Positions 30,844-42,300 of a DNA stretch of 64,000 bases are shown here, one piece after another. The stretch comes from an uncultured bacterium (GTDB taxonomy: Bacteria; Chloroflexota; UBA5177; JANWHV01). Where the stretch lies: contig CAWHAE010000009.1 in the NCBI GenBank assembly GCA_963827235.1, positions 256,001-320,000 on the forward strand. Reading direction: 5' to 3'. Both the position numbers and the translations under genes were made by a program. The notes below the pieces were generated by a model that was given only the letters and a program-made list of their open reading frames with translations, was not told the origin of the DNA and did not search any database. The stretch's first letter is position 1; each line of letters opens with the position of its first letter.

Positions 30844-31611
30844 ATGGCCGTCCCTGCAGACCGTTTAGTCCCGCGTGACCGCCTCGTGATCCTGGCGGTG
30901 CTGCTCGGTCTTGCGGCAGCCGGCTGGGCGGTGCTGATCTGGCAGGCCCGCGGGATGGGCAGCGCCATGGGGCTGACCATGGGCATGGGGGCGCCGTTGT
31001 TCCTGGCGATGTGGACCAGCATGATGGCGGCGATGATGTTCCCGGCCGCCGCACCGATGATCTTGCTGTTCGCCGCCATCCAGGCCGGCAAACAGCGGCA
31101 GGGCCGACCCTTTGTGCCCACGTGGCTCTTTGCCGCTGCATACCTCCTGCTGTGGGCCCTCTTCGGTGCGCTGGCCTATGCGGCGGCACTTGGGGCAGAA
31201 CATCTCGCCGCGCAGAGCATGTGGCTCATGGACCACGCCGCACGCATCGGCGGCCTGGTGCTCATCCTGGCCGGTCTCTACCAGCTCTCGCCGCTCAAGC
31301 ACGCCTGCCTGACGCGGTGCCGCACGCCGTTGCAGTTCATCCTCACCTCCTGGCACGACGGCATGGGCGGCGCGGTGCGTATGGGCATCACGCACGGGAT
31401 CTACTGCCTGGGCTGCTGCTGGCTGCTCTTCGTGATTCTATTCCCGCTGGGCGTGATGAACCTCGCAGCCATGGTCTTGCTGACCGCGTTCATCTTCGCG
31501 GAGAAAGCCTTGCCGGGCGGTTATTGGGTCGCACGCGCCGTCGCCGCAGCATTGATCGGCTACGGCGTGCTGGTCCTCGTGCAGCCAAGCATCTTGCCCA
31601 CCGCCATGTAG
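30844..31611 (+). CDS. DUF2182 predicted metal-binding membrane protein
   Basis: MMAAMMFP, YQLSPLKHACLTRCRTP, GIYCLGCCWLL, GVMNL, EK. Confidence 0.92.
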   Translation: MAVPADRLVPRDRLVILAVLLGLAAAGWAVLIWQARGMGSAMGLTMGMGAPLFLAMWTSMMAAMMFPAAAPMILLFAAIQAGKQRQGRPFVPTWLFAAAYLLLWALFGALAYAAALGAEHLAAQSMWLMDHAARIGGLVLILAGLYQLSPLKHACLTRCRTPLQFILTSWHDGMGGAVRMGITHGIYCLGCCWLLFVILFPLGVMNLAAMVLLTAFIFAEKALPGGYWVARAVAAALIGYGVLVLVQPSILPTAM

Positions 31612-31824
31612 CAACGCCCGGTTCCGCCACGCAGGCTGAATGAACATGCACGAGGCGCGCTGCTTGATCAGTGCCGGCTGCCGTGCGATGCCGATTGCCT
31701 CGCCAGCGATCCCGGCTACTCAAGCTGCGATCGCGCCGGTAGACGGCATAACAAATAGGTCCCATGCCGATCGATGCTGCCTCAGAAAACCGCTGCTCGG
31801 CATGGGCCGGACCGTGGACTCAAG

Positions 31825-34200
31825 TCACTGCGACGCCGTACACCCAAGCTCCAGGGGCTGTCCGGCGAGCTCCTTCGTAGCACTGCCGTTCGGCGCAGAG
31901 ACTGAGAGGCGGTTGAGGGCGCCGACTGAATAGATCTCACCGTGCGTGCCCACGGCGAGCGGCCATCCAAGATCCGAGTGCAGCACGGTGGTGCCCCGCG
32001 GCGTCAGCGTGAGCGTCTCCTCGTCGTAGGGCACATAGATGGTGCCGGAGCGCGACACGGCAAAGCCTGGGAAGTAGCCTCCCCGGGAAACGCTGACCGG
32101 CAGCACGCCGGCGGTCGTCAGCCGTCCGTTGCCGTCGATCCGCTGCACCGCCTGGACGCCTGCTGAGGTGTTGAGCACGTAGACATGGCCGGCTCCATCG
32201 TCCGTCATTGTGCTGGGTCGCCAGGTATTGTCAGTCGCACTGGCCGGCAGGAAGAAGGCCCAGGCTGGCTGGTAGCCCTGATAGGCAGGCCGGCTTCTCA
32301 CGTTCAGATTCGGTTCGTACACCGCCGAGCCGTCGGAGACGTAAACCTTGTCCCCGGGACCGATTGCCACGCTTGTTGGTATAGAGGGCCAGACAATTCC
32401 ATCGTCGAGGGCGCGAATCTTGCCCGGCGAGTCGAGCGCGTACAGCCAACCCTGTGCGGAGTCAGCCAGCAGTACCGAGCCTTCTTGAGTGATGACTAGG
32501 CCTGTCAGATCGAGATCGGCATCGGAGACGTTGTCCGGCAAGCAGGGTTCCCGCAGATTGAGGAGCGTGTGAAAGCGCCCGTCGGGTGTCCGTTCCAGAA
32601 GTCCGTGATCGCCGAGAAGATAGAGGTCGTCGTGCGCATCCACCGCCAGCGCGCGGACGTGGTCGGGCTGGGCAGGCACTATCGCACCTTGCGTGGGTGG
32701 TGCCGCGACCTGCGCTGCAGACAATGCAGGCTGCGGCGGCGGTCCAGGTATGACCAGACCCGAGAGCGACGCGGCGATCGCCACGACCGAGATAGTCGCG
32801 GCTGCATGGCGAGGCTTCCATCGCAGGAGCGGCTTCCCATCCCGTGCGGCCAACCAGGCATATCGGATGGCGCCTGTGCCCAGGAGAGCGAAGACGAGCG
32901 GCAGCCAGCAGGCGGGGGCCTCTCGCCCGGGTACGGCGGTAAGGCCATCCCAGCGGCGCATGAAGAGTCCCGCCAGCCAGGCGAGCAGGGGCGCCAGCCA
33001 GCAGAGTGCGATGATGCCGGCGGCCGTTCTCCGGTGCCGTCTAGCGATTGGCGAGTCGGCCGCCGCGTCGCGGATCGTGGGCGTGCAGAGCGGCAGCAGT
33101 GCCAGTACGCCCGGCGCGAACACCGCAAGCACCCTGAACAGATTGTCCGGCAAGTCCGGTTCGACAAAGGTGTTTGGCATTGAACCACTGCCGGCAGATC
33201 CATACATCGCGCCGTAAATGGCGCCGCCGGTGACGAAGGCGAGTGCCGCCGCCACGAGCACCCGGCCGTACATCGCGCAGACCGACGAACGCACCCAGTC
33301 GCGGCTCCTCTGGCCGGCCAGCGTGGCCGCGACCTCTGCCGCGCTGTGCGGCCGGTCCTGCGGGGCAAGCTGCAGGAGCGAGTCGACGAGGCCGGCGACG
33401 CTGCGCGAGACGTCGGGCCGAAGCTCGGCCACGGGCGGATGGCGGAAAGGCGCCTGCTCGTCCGGATTGTAGCCGGTGAGCAGGCGGTGCATGGTGGCGC
33501 CCAGCGCGTACAGGTCGCTCCGCTCGTCGGCGATGCCCTGGTACTGCTCCGGCGCCGCGTAGCCCGGCGTGCCGATAGCCGTGCCCGGGACGCCATCGAG
33601 GGCGCGCCGCGCCACGCCGAAGTCGAGCAGCGTGATGTCGCCGCCGTGATAGAGCACGTTCGAGGGCTTGAGGTCACGAAAGGTCACGGGCGGCCGCTGC
33701 CGGTGCAGGAACTGGAGGAGCTCGGCCAGCATGGCGCTCCAGCGCACCACCATGTCTTCCTCACACGGCCCGTCCCGGGCGACCAGCTCCTCGAGCGTCT
33801 CGCCGGCCACGTAGCGCATGGCCACGTAGTGGCGATCGCCCTCGCTGAAGCTAGCGATGAAGGCGGGCAGGCGCGGATCGTCGATGGCGGAGAGGAGGCC
33901 GGCCTCACGCACCAGCCAGGTGATGACCTCGGGGCGCTGTTCGGGCGGGAGATTGCCCGCGCACAGCTCTTTGAGTGCGACGTCGCGAGGCGTCACCTTG
34001 AGGTCGACGGCGCGGTAGACGGTGCTCATCGTGGAGCGATGGGCGACGGCCTCGATGCGGAAGCGACCACCAACCACGGTACCCGGCGGCAGCGCATCCT
34101 GTGCAGCCAGAACGGGCAGGGTCGTCTGGACCGGACAGGGCCTGTCGGCCGCGTGCAACAGGCCGCAGCGCGTGCAAGCCAGCGGACCCACGGTTTGCAT
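31825..34200 (-). CDS. Hanks-type Ser/Thr kinase with multi-TM region and NHL-like C-terminal propeller (PknD-like)
   Basis: VALKE, FRDLKPSN, LLDFG, GTPGYAAPEQ, SDLYALG; about 5 hydrophobic segments; LAVDAHDDLY/VAIGPGDKVYVSD repeats. Confidence 0.9.
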   Translation of the reverse strand: MQTVGPLACTRCGLLHAADRPCPVQTTLPVLAAQDALPPGTVVGGRFRIEAVAHRSTMSTVYRAVDLKVTPRDVALKELCAGNLPPEQRPEVITWLVREAGLLSAIDDPRLPAFIASFSEGDRHYVAMRYVAGETLEELVARDGPCEEDMVVRWSAMLAELLQFLHRQRPPVTFRDLKPSNVLYHGGDITLLDFGVARRALDGVPGTAIGTPGYAAPEQYQGIADERSDLYALGATMHRLLTGYNPDEQAPFRHPPVAELRPDVSRSVAGLVDSLLQLAPQDRPHSAAEVAATLAGQRSRDWVRSSVCAMYGRVLVAAALAFVTGGAIYGAMYGSAGSGSMPNTFVEPDLPDNLFRVLAVFAPGVLALLPLCTPTIRDAAADSPIARRHRRTAAGIIALCWLAPLLAWLAGLFMRRWDGLTAVPGREAPACWLPLVFALLGTGAIRYAWLAARDGKPLLRWKPRHAAATISVVAIAASLSGLVIPGPPPQPALSAAQVAAPPTQGAIVPAQPDHVRALAVDAHDDLYLLGDHGLLERTPDGRFHTLLNLREPCLPDNVSDADLDLTGLVITQEGSVLLADSAQGWLYALDSPGKIRALDDGIVWPSIPTSVAIGPGDKVYVSDGSAVYEPNLNVRSRPAYQGYQPAWAFFLPASATDNTWRPSTMTDDGAGHVYVLNTSAGVQAVQRIDGNGRLTTAGVLPVSVSRGGYFPGFAVSRSGTIYVPYDEETLTLTPRGTTVLHSDLGWPLAVGTHGEIYSVGALNRLSVSAPNGSATKELAGQPLELGCTASQ

Positions 34201-34994
34201 CCGACCAGCCTCCAGCACGCTCTCTCACGCGCCGCGCTACGCCGAACGTACGTCCTTGGTAGATCGCCGACAGAAGGTAGGCGCCGGCTCACATCCCGCA
34301 TGCCGCGAGCCGATCCCGGCTTTGGTCGTCTACAACCTCAGCTATAACACACTGCCAGATGCCTGTCCAACGCGGCATGGACCGAGGAGCTGAGTGAGCC
34401 GAAACGGCGCATGCTCAGTTTTGCAGGGAGCCGGGGAGCTGGCGATAGCCTCCGGCCACCTAACCCACGGCGTGCTCTTCATTTGTCGCCCTCGCACCCA
34501 ATGCATGGTATCCAGACCACTCGCGGGTCATACCGGACTCTTGCCCACAAATACGTTGGCTCGCTTGCTCAATCTGCAAGTGCGATGCGGTGCAGCCGCA
34601 AGCCTGGCGCGAGGCTGGGGCCGTTATCACACGCGGTGCTGCGCTACCTGGCATACCGTATCTGCCGTGTGCGCTGCCTGCACAGCCCGCCCTTGCACGG
34701 CTGAGTCCGCCGCAGTATGATCGGGCTGCCGCCGGCCGGGTGCGCCCGCGCACTCGTGGCAGCAGGGCAGCGACACAGGTAGCTAGAAGGAGCTTGGCGC
34801 GCAGACTGGGCGGGTCGCACCTGCGGCTGCTCCTTGTGACCTGAGCACGCTCCAGCAGCACATGGCCACCTGCCGAGCCGGATTGCGAGCCCGGCGTTCG
34901 CTGCGGCGAGCCGGGATGCCTCGCGGCGCGGGCCCGCCCGTTCGCAAGGGTGGCGCGAAGGTTGGCACGCTGAATCATGAAACGAGGAAGTACT

Positions 34995-36041
34995 ATGCAG
35001 GCAGTAGCCGTCCTGGAGCCCGGCAGGGTCGCCGTCGTCGTCGTCCCCGCGCCCGCGCCGGGCCCGTATGAAGCTCTGGTCAAGAGTGAGGTCGCCTATA
35101 TCTGTAACGCTACCGACCGCAAGGTGATCCAGGGCCATGCCGCCGCGCTCGGCATCGTGGCGTCGGACTACCCGCTCATCCTCGGGCACGAGACGGTCGG
35201 GCGCGTGGTGGAAGTCGGCCGCAAGGTGACCTCCTTCAAGCCCGGCGATCGCGTGCTTGGCGGGCTTTTCTTCTCTCCCGAAGGATACGGCTCGGCATGG
35301 GGTGGCGACTCCGAGTACGTCCTGGCGACTGACCACGCGGCGATGGCCGCCGATGGCGTTGCCGACGTGCAGCACGGTTGGGACGAAGTCTTCAAGATCA
35401 TGAAGAAAGTCCCTGAGGACATCCCGGTAGAAGCCGCGGGAATGCTCGCCACCTGGCGGGAAGTCTACGCTGGATTCTCGGATTTCCAGCTCAAAGCGGG
35501 TGACGACATTCTCATCTTCGGCGCAGGGCCGGTCGGACTCTCGTTCTGCCGGTTCGCCAAGCTGCTTGGACTGGGCTGGGTTGGCGTCGTGGAGGTCGTC
35601 CCGTTCAAGCGCGAGAAGGCCCTTACGCTGGGCGCCGACGCCGTCTTCGCTCCCAGCGACGCGGCCATTGCCGATCTCGCTCGCACGCGCGGCAAGCCGC
35701 TCGACGCCGTTATCGACGCCGTAGGCTCGGTCACCATCATCAATGCCGCATTACCGCTGATCAAGCTTGCCGGATCGATCTGCGTCTACGGCGTACTGGC
35801 CGACGCGCTCATCACACTCGACAAGAGCAACGCCCCCAAGAACTTCAACTTGTTCCTGCACCAATGGCCCACGCGCGACGCCGAGGCGGCGGCGCAAGAG
35901 CCGCTCGTGCAATGGATCAGAGATGGTAAGATCAGTCACCGGGATTTCAAGACCGCGGAGTTCCCGATAGCCGATGTCGCGCAGGCCCTGGCTATCACCG
36001 AGTTGCCGACGTCGATCAAGACCATGTTGCGATTCTCGTAG
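34995..36041 (+). CDS. Zn-binding (MDR) alcohol dehydrogenase-family protein
   Basis: ICNATD, LGHETVGRV, GAGPVG Rossmann motif; lacks the 4-Cys structural zinc lobe. Confidence 0.92.
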   Translation: MQAVAVLEPGRVAVVVVPAPAPGPYEALVKSEVAYICNATDRKVIQGHAAALGIVASDYPLILGHETVGRVVEVGRKVTSFKPGDRVLGGLFFSPEGYGSAWGGDSEYVLATDHAAMAADGVADVQHGWDEVFKIMKKVPEDIPVEAAGMLATWREVYAGFSDFQLKAGDDILIFGAGPVGLSFCRFAKLLGLGWVGVVEVVPFKREKALTLGADAVFAPSDAAIADLARTRGKPLDAVIDAVGSVTIINAALPLIKLAGSICVYGVLADALITLDKSNAPKNFNLFLHQWPTRDAEAAAQEPLVQWIRDGKISHRDFKTAEFPIADVAQALAITELPTSIKTMLRFS

Positions 36042-36087
36042 CACATGCGTGATCTCGCCGTGCTTGCACTCCCTTGGATTTGTCGCC

Positions 36088-36762
36088 TCACACCTTGCTC
36101 AGCCGGACCTCCAGGCCGATCCCCTGCGTCGTCACCGTACCGGTCCGAAAGGCGCTCTGCGCGACAAGCTGCTCGAACTGCGCCCGTGTGTAGGCGCGCC
36201 GCCGCAGCCACCGCAGCGTCCACCGCACCACGAACGCGCTCATCCGGCTGACCTGCATATGCTGCACTTCCTGGTCGACGGCTGCACCGGTGGCATCCTT
36301 GCGCATGTCCTGGACCACGGCGCTGCCGCCACGGCGCAGGACGCGGTACATCTCGTTGAGCGCCCCCACAGGCTCGGCGAAGTTCTTGAAGGCGGCCTGG
36401 CACACGATCAGGTCGAAGGAGTCCGCCGCGAACGACATGTGCGCCGCATCGCCGCGCTCAAAGTCCACGCGTACGCCCGCGGTCTGGGCGTTCTCCCGTG
36501 CGATATCGACCATCGTCCGGCTGATGTCCAGCCCCGTCACCCGGTAGGGGCCGCACCGCGCGATCTCCACCGCGAGGTAACCCGGTCCCGGCGCGATCTC
36601 GAGCACCGCCGCTTCCGGCGGCAGTGCCTCGGTCAGCCGCACGGCCTCCTGGTGGTACTCCGCGCGCTGGGCCGGCGTGCCCCGGTTCCGCGCGTACCAC
36701 CGCGCCGTGCGTCCTTCCATCTCCGGAATGAGCTTGAAGCGCTTGCTTTCTCTGAGCACCAT
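36088..36762 (-). CDS. Class I SAM-dependent methyltransferase
   Basis: VLEIAPGPG, GLDIS, GDAAHMSFAADSFD, ALNEMYRVLRRGG. Confidence 0.92.
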   Translation of the reverse strand: MVLRESKRFKLIPEMEGRTARWYARNRGTPAQRAEYHQEAVRLTEALPPEAAVLEIAPGPGYLAVEIARCGPYRVTGLDISRTMVDIARENAQTAGVRVDFERGDAAHMSFAADSFDLIVCQAAFKNFAEPVGALNEMYRVLRRGGSAVVQDMRKDATGAAVDQEVQHMQVSRMSAFVVRWTLRWLRRRAYTRAQFEQLVAQSAFRTGTVTTQGIGLEVRLSKV

Positions 36763-36924
36763 CGGCCTGATCCTCCCGGGCCAACGCCATCGCGTGCGAG
36801 CGGCGTTGGCCCGGCGGACCTGGCCGCCTCGCCGCGCGCCGCTTTATTATTCGATGCATCGAACTATACACTGAATGGTACCATCTGTCTGTATCGAGCA
36901 GTACACCGTTGCGGAGAGGCTAGC

Positions 36925-37446
36925 ATGGCTGGAGAGGCTGACAGCCCGAACCGGGCCCTCATGCTTGATCAGATCGGCACCAAGCTCCGGCTCCTGATCG
37001 CACGGGCCCTGGTCTTCAACCATCACGTCGCGGACCAGCTCGGACTACACCCCACTGACAATCAGTGCCTCGGGCTGCTCCAGCTTGATGGGGACATGAC
37101 ACCCAGTCGTCTCGCGCAACGCGTGGGATTGAGCCGTAGCGCGATGACCGCGGCCCTGGATCGGTTGGAGCGCACCGGATTCGTGCACCGCGTGCCGGCT
37201 GCAGTTGACCGCCGCCAGGTGATCGTGCATGCCGACCAGGAGCGACTACAGAACCTGGCTGCACCACTCTATATATCGCGCCGCGCACACATGGAGCGCG
37301 TGTGGCCAGCGTTCACCGACCAAGAGCTGCGGGTGGTAGCGCGGTTCTTCCAGGCGCTGACGGCCGAGGCGGAGGAGCCTGTTGCGGGAGCAGGGCCGAC
37401 TGACGAGGGGCCAGATGAGCCAGCGCCCCCTGGCAGAACAGGTTGA
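36925..37446 (+). CDS. MarR family regulator, divergent from the methyltransferase
   Basis: LGLHPTDNQCL...TPSRLA..VGLSRSAMTAALDRLERTGFV...DRRQV; palindrome ATGGTACCAT at 36875-36884 in the intergenic gap. Confidence 0.9.
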   Translation: MAGEADSPNRALMLDQIGTKLRLLIARALVFNHHVADQLGLHPTDNQCLGLLQLDGDMTPSRLAQRVGLSRSAMTAALDRLERTGFVHRVPAAVDRRQVIVHADQERLQNLAAPLYISRRAHMERVWPAFTDQELRVVARFFQALTAEAEEPVAGAGPTDEGPDEPAPPGRTG

Positions 37447-37553
37447 CGCATTCTCGCCTGCCGGGTTCGCCAGCGGAAATCTCAGGACAGCCGGATCCGC
37501 CGTATCTTGCAGCGCGACCGGGTGCGCCGGCGGCATGCCCGCACCTGGGCCGG

Positions 37554-38996
37554 TCACGTCGCGCCATACGTTACGGACGAACCCTCGTCGACGACTTCGA
37601 TCCAGGTCTGCCCGGGATTGAATTGCTGTCGTTTGCCGCGACTGTCACGCAGCTCCAACGCAGCATTGGTCGAAGGCTTGCTCCAGGATCCTTGCGCGAC
37701 GTGGCCGTCCTGGAAGTACAGGGCCGATCCCGTGCCTGTCGCGTGAACGTTCACGCCGTCCGGTGTGAAGGCATCGTGGTCCGGAGTGACCGGCGTGAAG
37801 AGCACCACGACGTTGCTCGCGGCATCGGCCAGGCCCGAGATTGAGTCGACTTGTGTAACGCCGCCGATGCTTCGCAGGTACCGGTTCGTCACCCTGTCGT
37901 ATGCCCAGTGCACGTCATACCAGTACCCGGAGAAGCCCACGTCGATCCAGGCAGTTTCTGGTCGGTGGAAGTAAGCGTCCGGCACCCGGTGGGGCAATGC
38001 TGTGGGGAAAGTGTCCGCAACAGGAAAGCCAGCCTGCGCGGCGAACCCTCGTAGCGAGAGCGTGCTGGTATACAGGTTGTGTGGAACGGCTCGATACGGG
38101 GATCGCATAAACGGAGGGCCCAGCGGCCCGGGCGCTGAAGGGAGATTGAGGTCATCGATATTGGCAACGTTCGGCATATTCAACAGTTGGTAGAGCGCGT
38201 CGCTGTTACCCCCGGCGTGGGCATAGATTGCATGCAGTCCCGAGGCCCAGGCATCAAAGTAGATTCGTGCGCTGCGCACCGGTCCCACGACCGGCGCATC
38301 CTTCTCGAGAAATACTGCCATGATCCGCGTCACCCCGCCTTCCGCCAGCGTCTCGAATACGAGGCTCGCCCGGTTGAGGCCGGTTTGCGGTCGTGCGTCC
38401 GGCGCGTAGTTGTCGATCACCACGGCGATGGCGCGCCGATGTGACAGTTCGGGTCTCGTCGGCAGGCCGCTGAGCGGCCCTGCCGGGCCCGGTCCCGTAT
38501 CGTCAAGCGTGTCGTCCGCCCGATAGGCTTTGTCGATTGTCGGCGTGGGCGTGATGGTAGGTGTCGAGGTGATGCTGGGGCTCATGGTCGGCGTGCCGCT
38601 GGCGGTCGCACTGGGCGTTTCCGATGAGCTCGGCGTCGCGGTCGGTTCGGGCGAGGCGGTCCAGGTCGAGGTCGCGGCAGGCAGGGCCGTGCCGGTAGCT
38701 GTGCTGGTCATCGTGAGTGGCAGCAATGTCTCGGTGGGCTGCGGCGCCGGAGTAGCTGTGAACGCAGGGGCGACTGCTGTGGACGAGGGATGCGTAGCGG
38801 CGGCATTCAGATGTCGATGCAGGGGATCCGTGCCGTGAGATCGAACGACGCCGGCTACTGAGACACAGAGCAGTGCCGCCAGCACGCCTGAAGCGACCTT
38901 AGCCCGCGGCGATTGAAAGACGTTCCGTAGCGTCCGCCGAAGCTGCCTGGCGCGCGGACCGCGCAAAAATGCCCACACGCCTGACGTCAGCTGCAT
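37554..38996 (-). CDS. DUF3048 (YerB-like) membrane-anchored protein with Thr/Pro stalk
   Basis: PLSGLP...IAVVIDN...ARPQTGL..ASLVFE..AEGGVTR, GPVRSAR, PHNLY, PGQTWIE. Confidence 0.92.
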   Translation of the reverse strand: MQLTSGVWAFLRGPRARQLRRTLRNVFQSPRAKVASGVLAALLCVSVAGVVRSHGTDPLHRHLNAAATHPSSTAVAPAFTATPAPQPTETLLPLTMTSTATGTALPAATSTWTASPEPTATPSSSETPSATASGTPTMSPSITSTPTITPTPTIDKAYRADDTLDDTGPGPAGPLSGLPTRPELSHRRAIAVVIDNYAPDARPQTGLNRASLVFETLAEGGVTRIMAVFLEKDAPVVGPVRSARIYFDAWASGLHAIYAHAGGNSDALYQLLNMPNVANIDDLNLPSAPGPLGPPFMRSPYRAVPHNLYTSTLSLRGFAAQAGFPVADTFPTALPHRVPDAYFHRPETAWIDVGFSGYWYDVHWAYDRVTNRYLRSIGGVTQVDSISGLADAASNVVVLFTPVTPDHDAFTPDGVNVHATGTGSALYFQDGHVAQGSWSKPSTNAALELRDSRGKRQQFNPGQTWIEVVDEGSSVTYGAT

Positions 38997-39364
38997 ACGG
39001 GAGCGAGCCCTCTGCGTACTGTGGAATTGTGTCTATCTGGAAAGTACCTGCGAAGCCTTCGCGAAGGCAACAGGTGCCGTGGTGGCGGCGTATCGATAGT
39101 CGCGCCTTGCCGCTATCGACTGTGGCTCATGTGTCCGGTAGCGCAGTTGTTCGCCCGGGTAGAACGGACCAGCGCGAGGCTCGGAGGGCCCAGCGTCACG
39201 ACGTGTGCGTCAAATGTCTCCTTGCGGCGCCGTCTGACCGACCATACTATGAGGGCACACCAACCATCGCAATTGGTGACCAGCGTGGAAATTGCGACAT
39301 GAGCCCGCGTGCTAATGCCAGGCGCGGACGTCGACCACGCAACAATCCAGGCTAGCATCGCTCC

Positions 39365-42300
39365 ATGAGCAGTTGGTTAGGAATGCAACCCAGGCATCTC
39401 AAGCTCGTCACGGTGGGTCGGGTGAAGCTCTGTGTCGATCCAGTGGAACTGGCGGATGCGAGAGATCCGACGGAGCTTCCATCCTTGCCGTGTACGGCGT
39501 TGGGCCAGGATGCCCGAGGCTTCCTTTGGGTCGGCACCCAGAACGGGCCGATGCTCTTTGATGGCTGCTACTGCGGCACTCCGGCCGCTCTATCCGGCAT
39601 GGGCGGCTCCACGATCAACTGCCTCTGCTTTGGTGGGAACGACACCGTGTGGGCCGGCACCGAGGGAAGTGGCATTGCCTGGATTCAGATCGGGCTCACC
39701 GGCCCCCGACTCCGCCGCCTGCTGACACGCTCGGATAGCCTGCCCGGTGACTTGATACACTCGCTGTGCTCCGATAGGCGGGGCCGAGTGTGGGCGGGCA
39801 CGCCAGACGGCCTGGCTCTGCTGGAGCATGGTTGCGTTGCTCGGGTCATGGGCGCGCTCGACGGCTTACCCGCGGCGCGCGTAAACGCATTGGGGTACGA
39901 TACGCGCGATCGCCTGTGGGTAGGGACCGACCGGGGAGTCGTCGTGCTCGTCGATGGTGCCGTCTCTTTCACCGGGGACCAGGCGTGCCCGTTCACCGAG
40001 GACCTGGTTCAGCGGTTCTATTGCGATCCGCTCGGGCAACTGTGGGCCGGCACGCGCGCCGGCAATCTGTTTCGGGCCGAGGTCGGAGCAGACGGCCGGG
40101 TACAGGTAGCCTACGTGCACGGCTGGGGGTCGCCAATCGCCGACATTTGCATGGCTGCCGATGGTCGCCTTTGGGTGGCAACGCTGGAGGGCGTGTTCGT
40201 GCTTACCGCCGGCGTCCTGAGCGATCACCTGGCGGTCGCCGACGGCCTGCCGTCGGCCGACACATCTGCACTCTATTGCGACCGTGACGGCCGCATGTGG
40301 GCCGCGACTCGCAAGGGCCTCGCGGTGCTTCTTGACGTTGATTATCCCGTGCATGTGCTTGTCGGCGCTGATCTTCGCGCGCGGGTGGTGTGGAATATCG
40401 AGCCGGATGCCAACAATTGCATGTGGCTCGGCACGGATAGCGGCCTGATCGCCGTATCAGGTGAAGACTCGCAGGTTCTGCATCTACCTGATCTCCCGGA
40501 GACACTGCGCGACAATGCGATATGGGCAGTGCGCCACGACGGCCTGCGCCAGATCTGGGCGAGCCAACGGCGGAACGGTCTGTTCTGCCTGGACGCCTCG
40601 ACCGGAGCCCCACTGGCCCATATGCTGGCCGACCGCGGCGTGAACGTGATCGCCATGTGCATGGTAGGGCAGCAGGACCTGTGGCTGGGCACGTCGCGCC
40701 ACGGCCTCATCTGTGTCGACATGCGGTTGCGGAAGGTCGTGGGAGAGATTGGCACTGCAGACGGTCTCCCCGAGACGTTGGTGTCTTGCCTCCATCTGGA
40801 CGGCGCGGGTCGTCTCTGGGCCGGTACCCTGTCCGGGCGGCTGGTCTGTATTGACCCCGTGCAACGCGCGATTCTGTCTACGCTCGAGTTGGCCACTCAT
40901 GGCCCTGCCCCCTCGGCTTTGTGCCTGATGCATGACACTCGGAGCGGGCTATGGGCCGGTACCAGTGCCGGGTTGATGAGCATTGATCCTGATCGCAACA
41001 CGATACTCCGCACCATCGGAGCGGCGGACGGCCTCAGAAGCCTGACAGTGCTGGGATGCACCGTCGATGCCCGCGGTCACCTCTGGCTGGGGACGGGATG
41101 TGGCGTGATCCGCTATGCGCCCGACACCGGCACTCTCGCGGTGATCGACCGCAGCATGGGCCTGCCACATGACGAATGCGATCAGAACGCCGTTCATCTG
41201 GACGACCGCGGGAGGCTCTGGATCGGCACCGCCAAGGGCCCGGCGATCATCGACACCAACCGGATCCCCATCGACGTGCCTCCTTGTCCCGTCGTCCTGA
41301 CAGGGTTCCTCGTCATGGGCGAGGAGCGCGACGTGACGCCCGACCTGGAACTGGAAGACAGCGATTGCGACCTGCAGTTCTCCTATGCCGCCGTCTCCTT
41401 CACGGCACCGACGCTGGTCCTTTACCGTGTTCAGCTGGAAGGCTTCGAGTCGGGCTTCTCGTCCCCGAGCACCGAGCGCAGCCGGCGCTACACGAACCTC
41501 CGGCCCGGAGCATATGTGCTCCGTGTTTCGGCGTGCAATTGGGGCGGAACGTGGAGTACGCCACTCGAGATCCCCCTGCGCATCGTCCGCAACCATCAGG
41601 CACAGGAGGCGGAAGAGGCCCTGGAGCACGAGCGGTTCGAGAAGGAAGTCTATCGGGCGGCCGCGACACGGTTGGAGGATCTGAATCAGCGGCTGGCAGA
41701 GGCATCACGGCTGAATGGCGAGTTGCTGGAGCAGACCAGGGCCTCATACGCGGACACGCTGGCACGCCAGGAACGGCTGTCCGCGCTGCAGACCATCTCC
41801 TCGACCCTGGCGGCGACGCGCACGCCGTCCGAGGTCGGCGAGCAGATCATGCGCATTAGCGCCCTCTATCTGGACGCACCTTTCATCAGGATTCGCCTGT
41901 TGAGTGCCGACAGGGCATGGCTCGAGCACGTCATTGCTTCCACTAACGATACGGAAGACCCGCGTTTCCCCAAGCGACGGCCCTATGACGACCAGGTGCC
42001 GTCGGCCGAGGCCGTGCGGACCGGCCGCCCGGTCTGGCTCGAGTCGCCGGAGGAGATGCTGGCCAGGTTCCCAGACTTCGCTCGCAAGATGAGGGAACGC
42101 GGTTTCCTGGCCAATGTGACGCTGCCGCTGCTCACCGACGGCGAGGCGATAGGCTCTATGGGGCTCATGTTCACCGCGCCGCGTCGCTTCCGCGGCGACG
42201 AGCGCGAGTTTCTGCTGGCCGTGGCCAGCCTGGCCGCGCAGGCGGTCGATCGCGCCTGGCTCTATGCGCGGGAACAGAAGCGAGCACAGACGGCGGAGGA

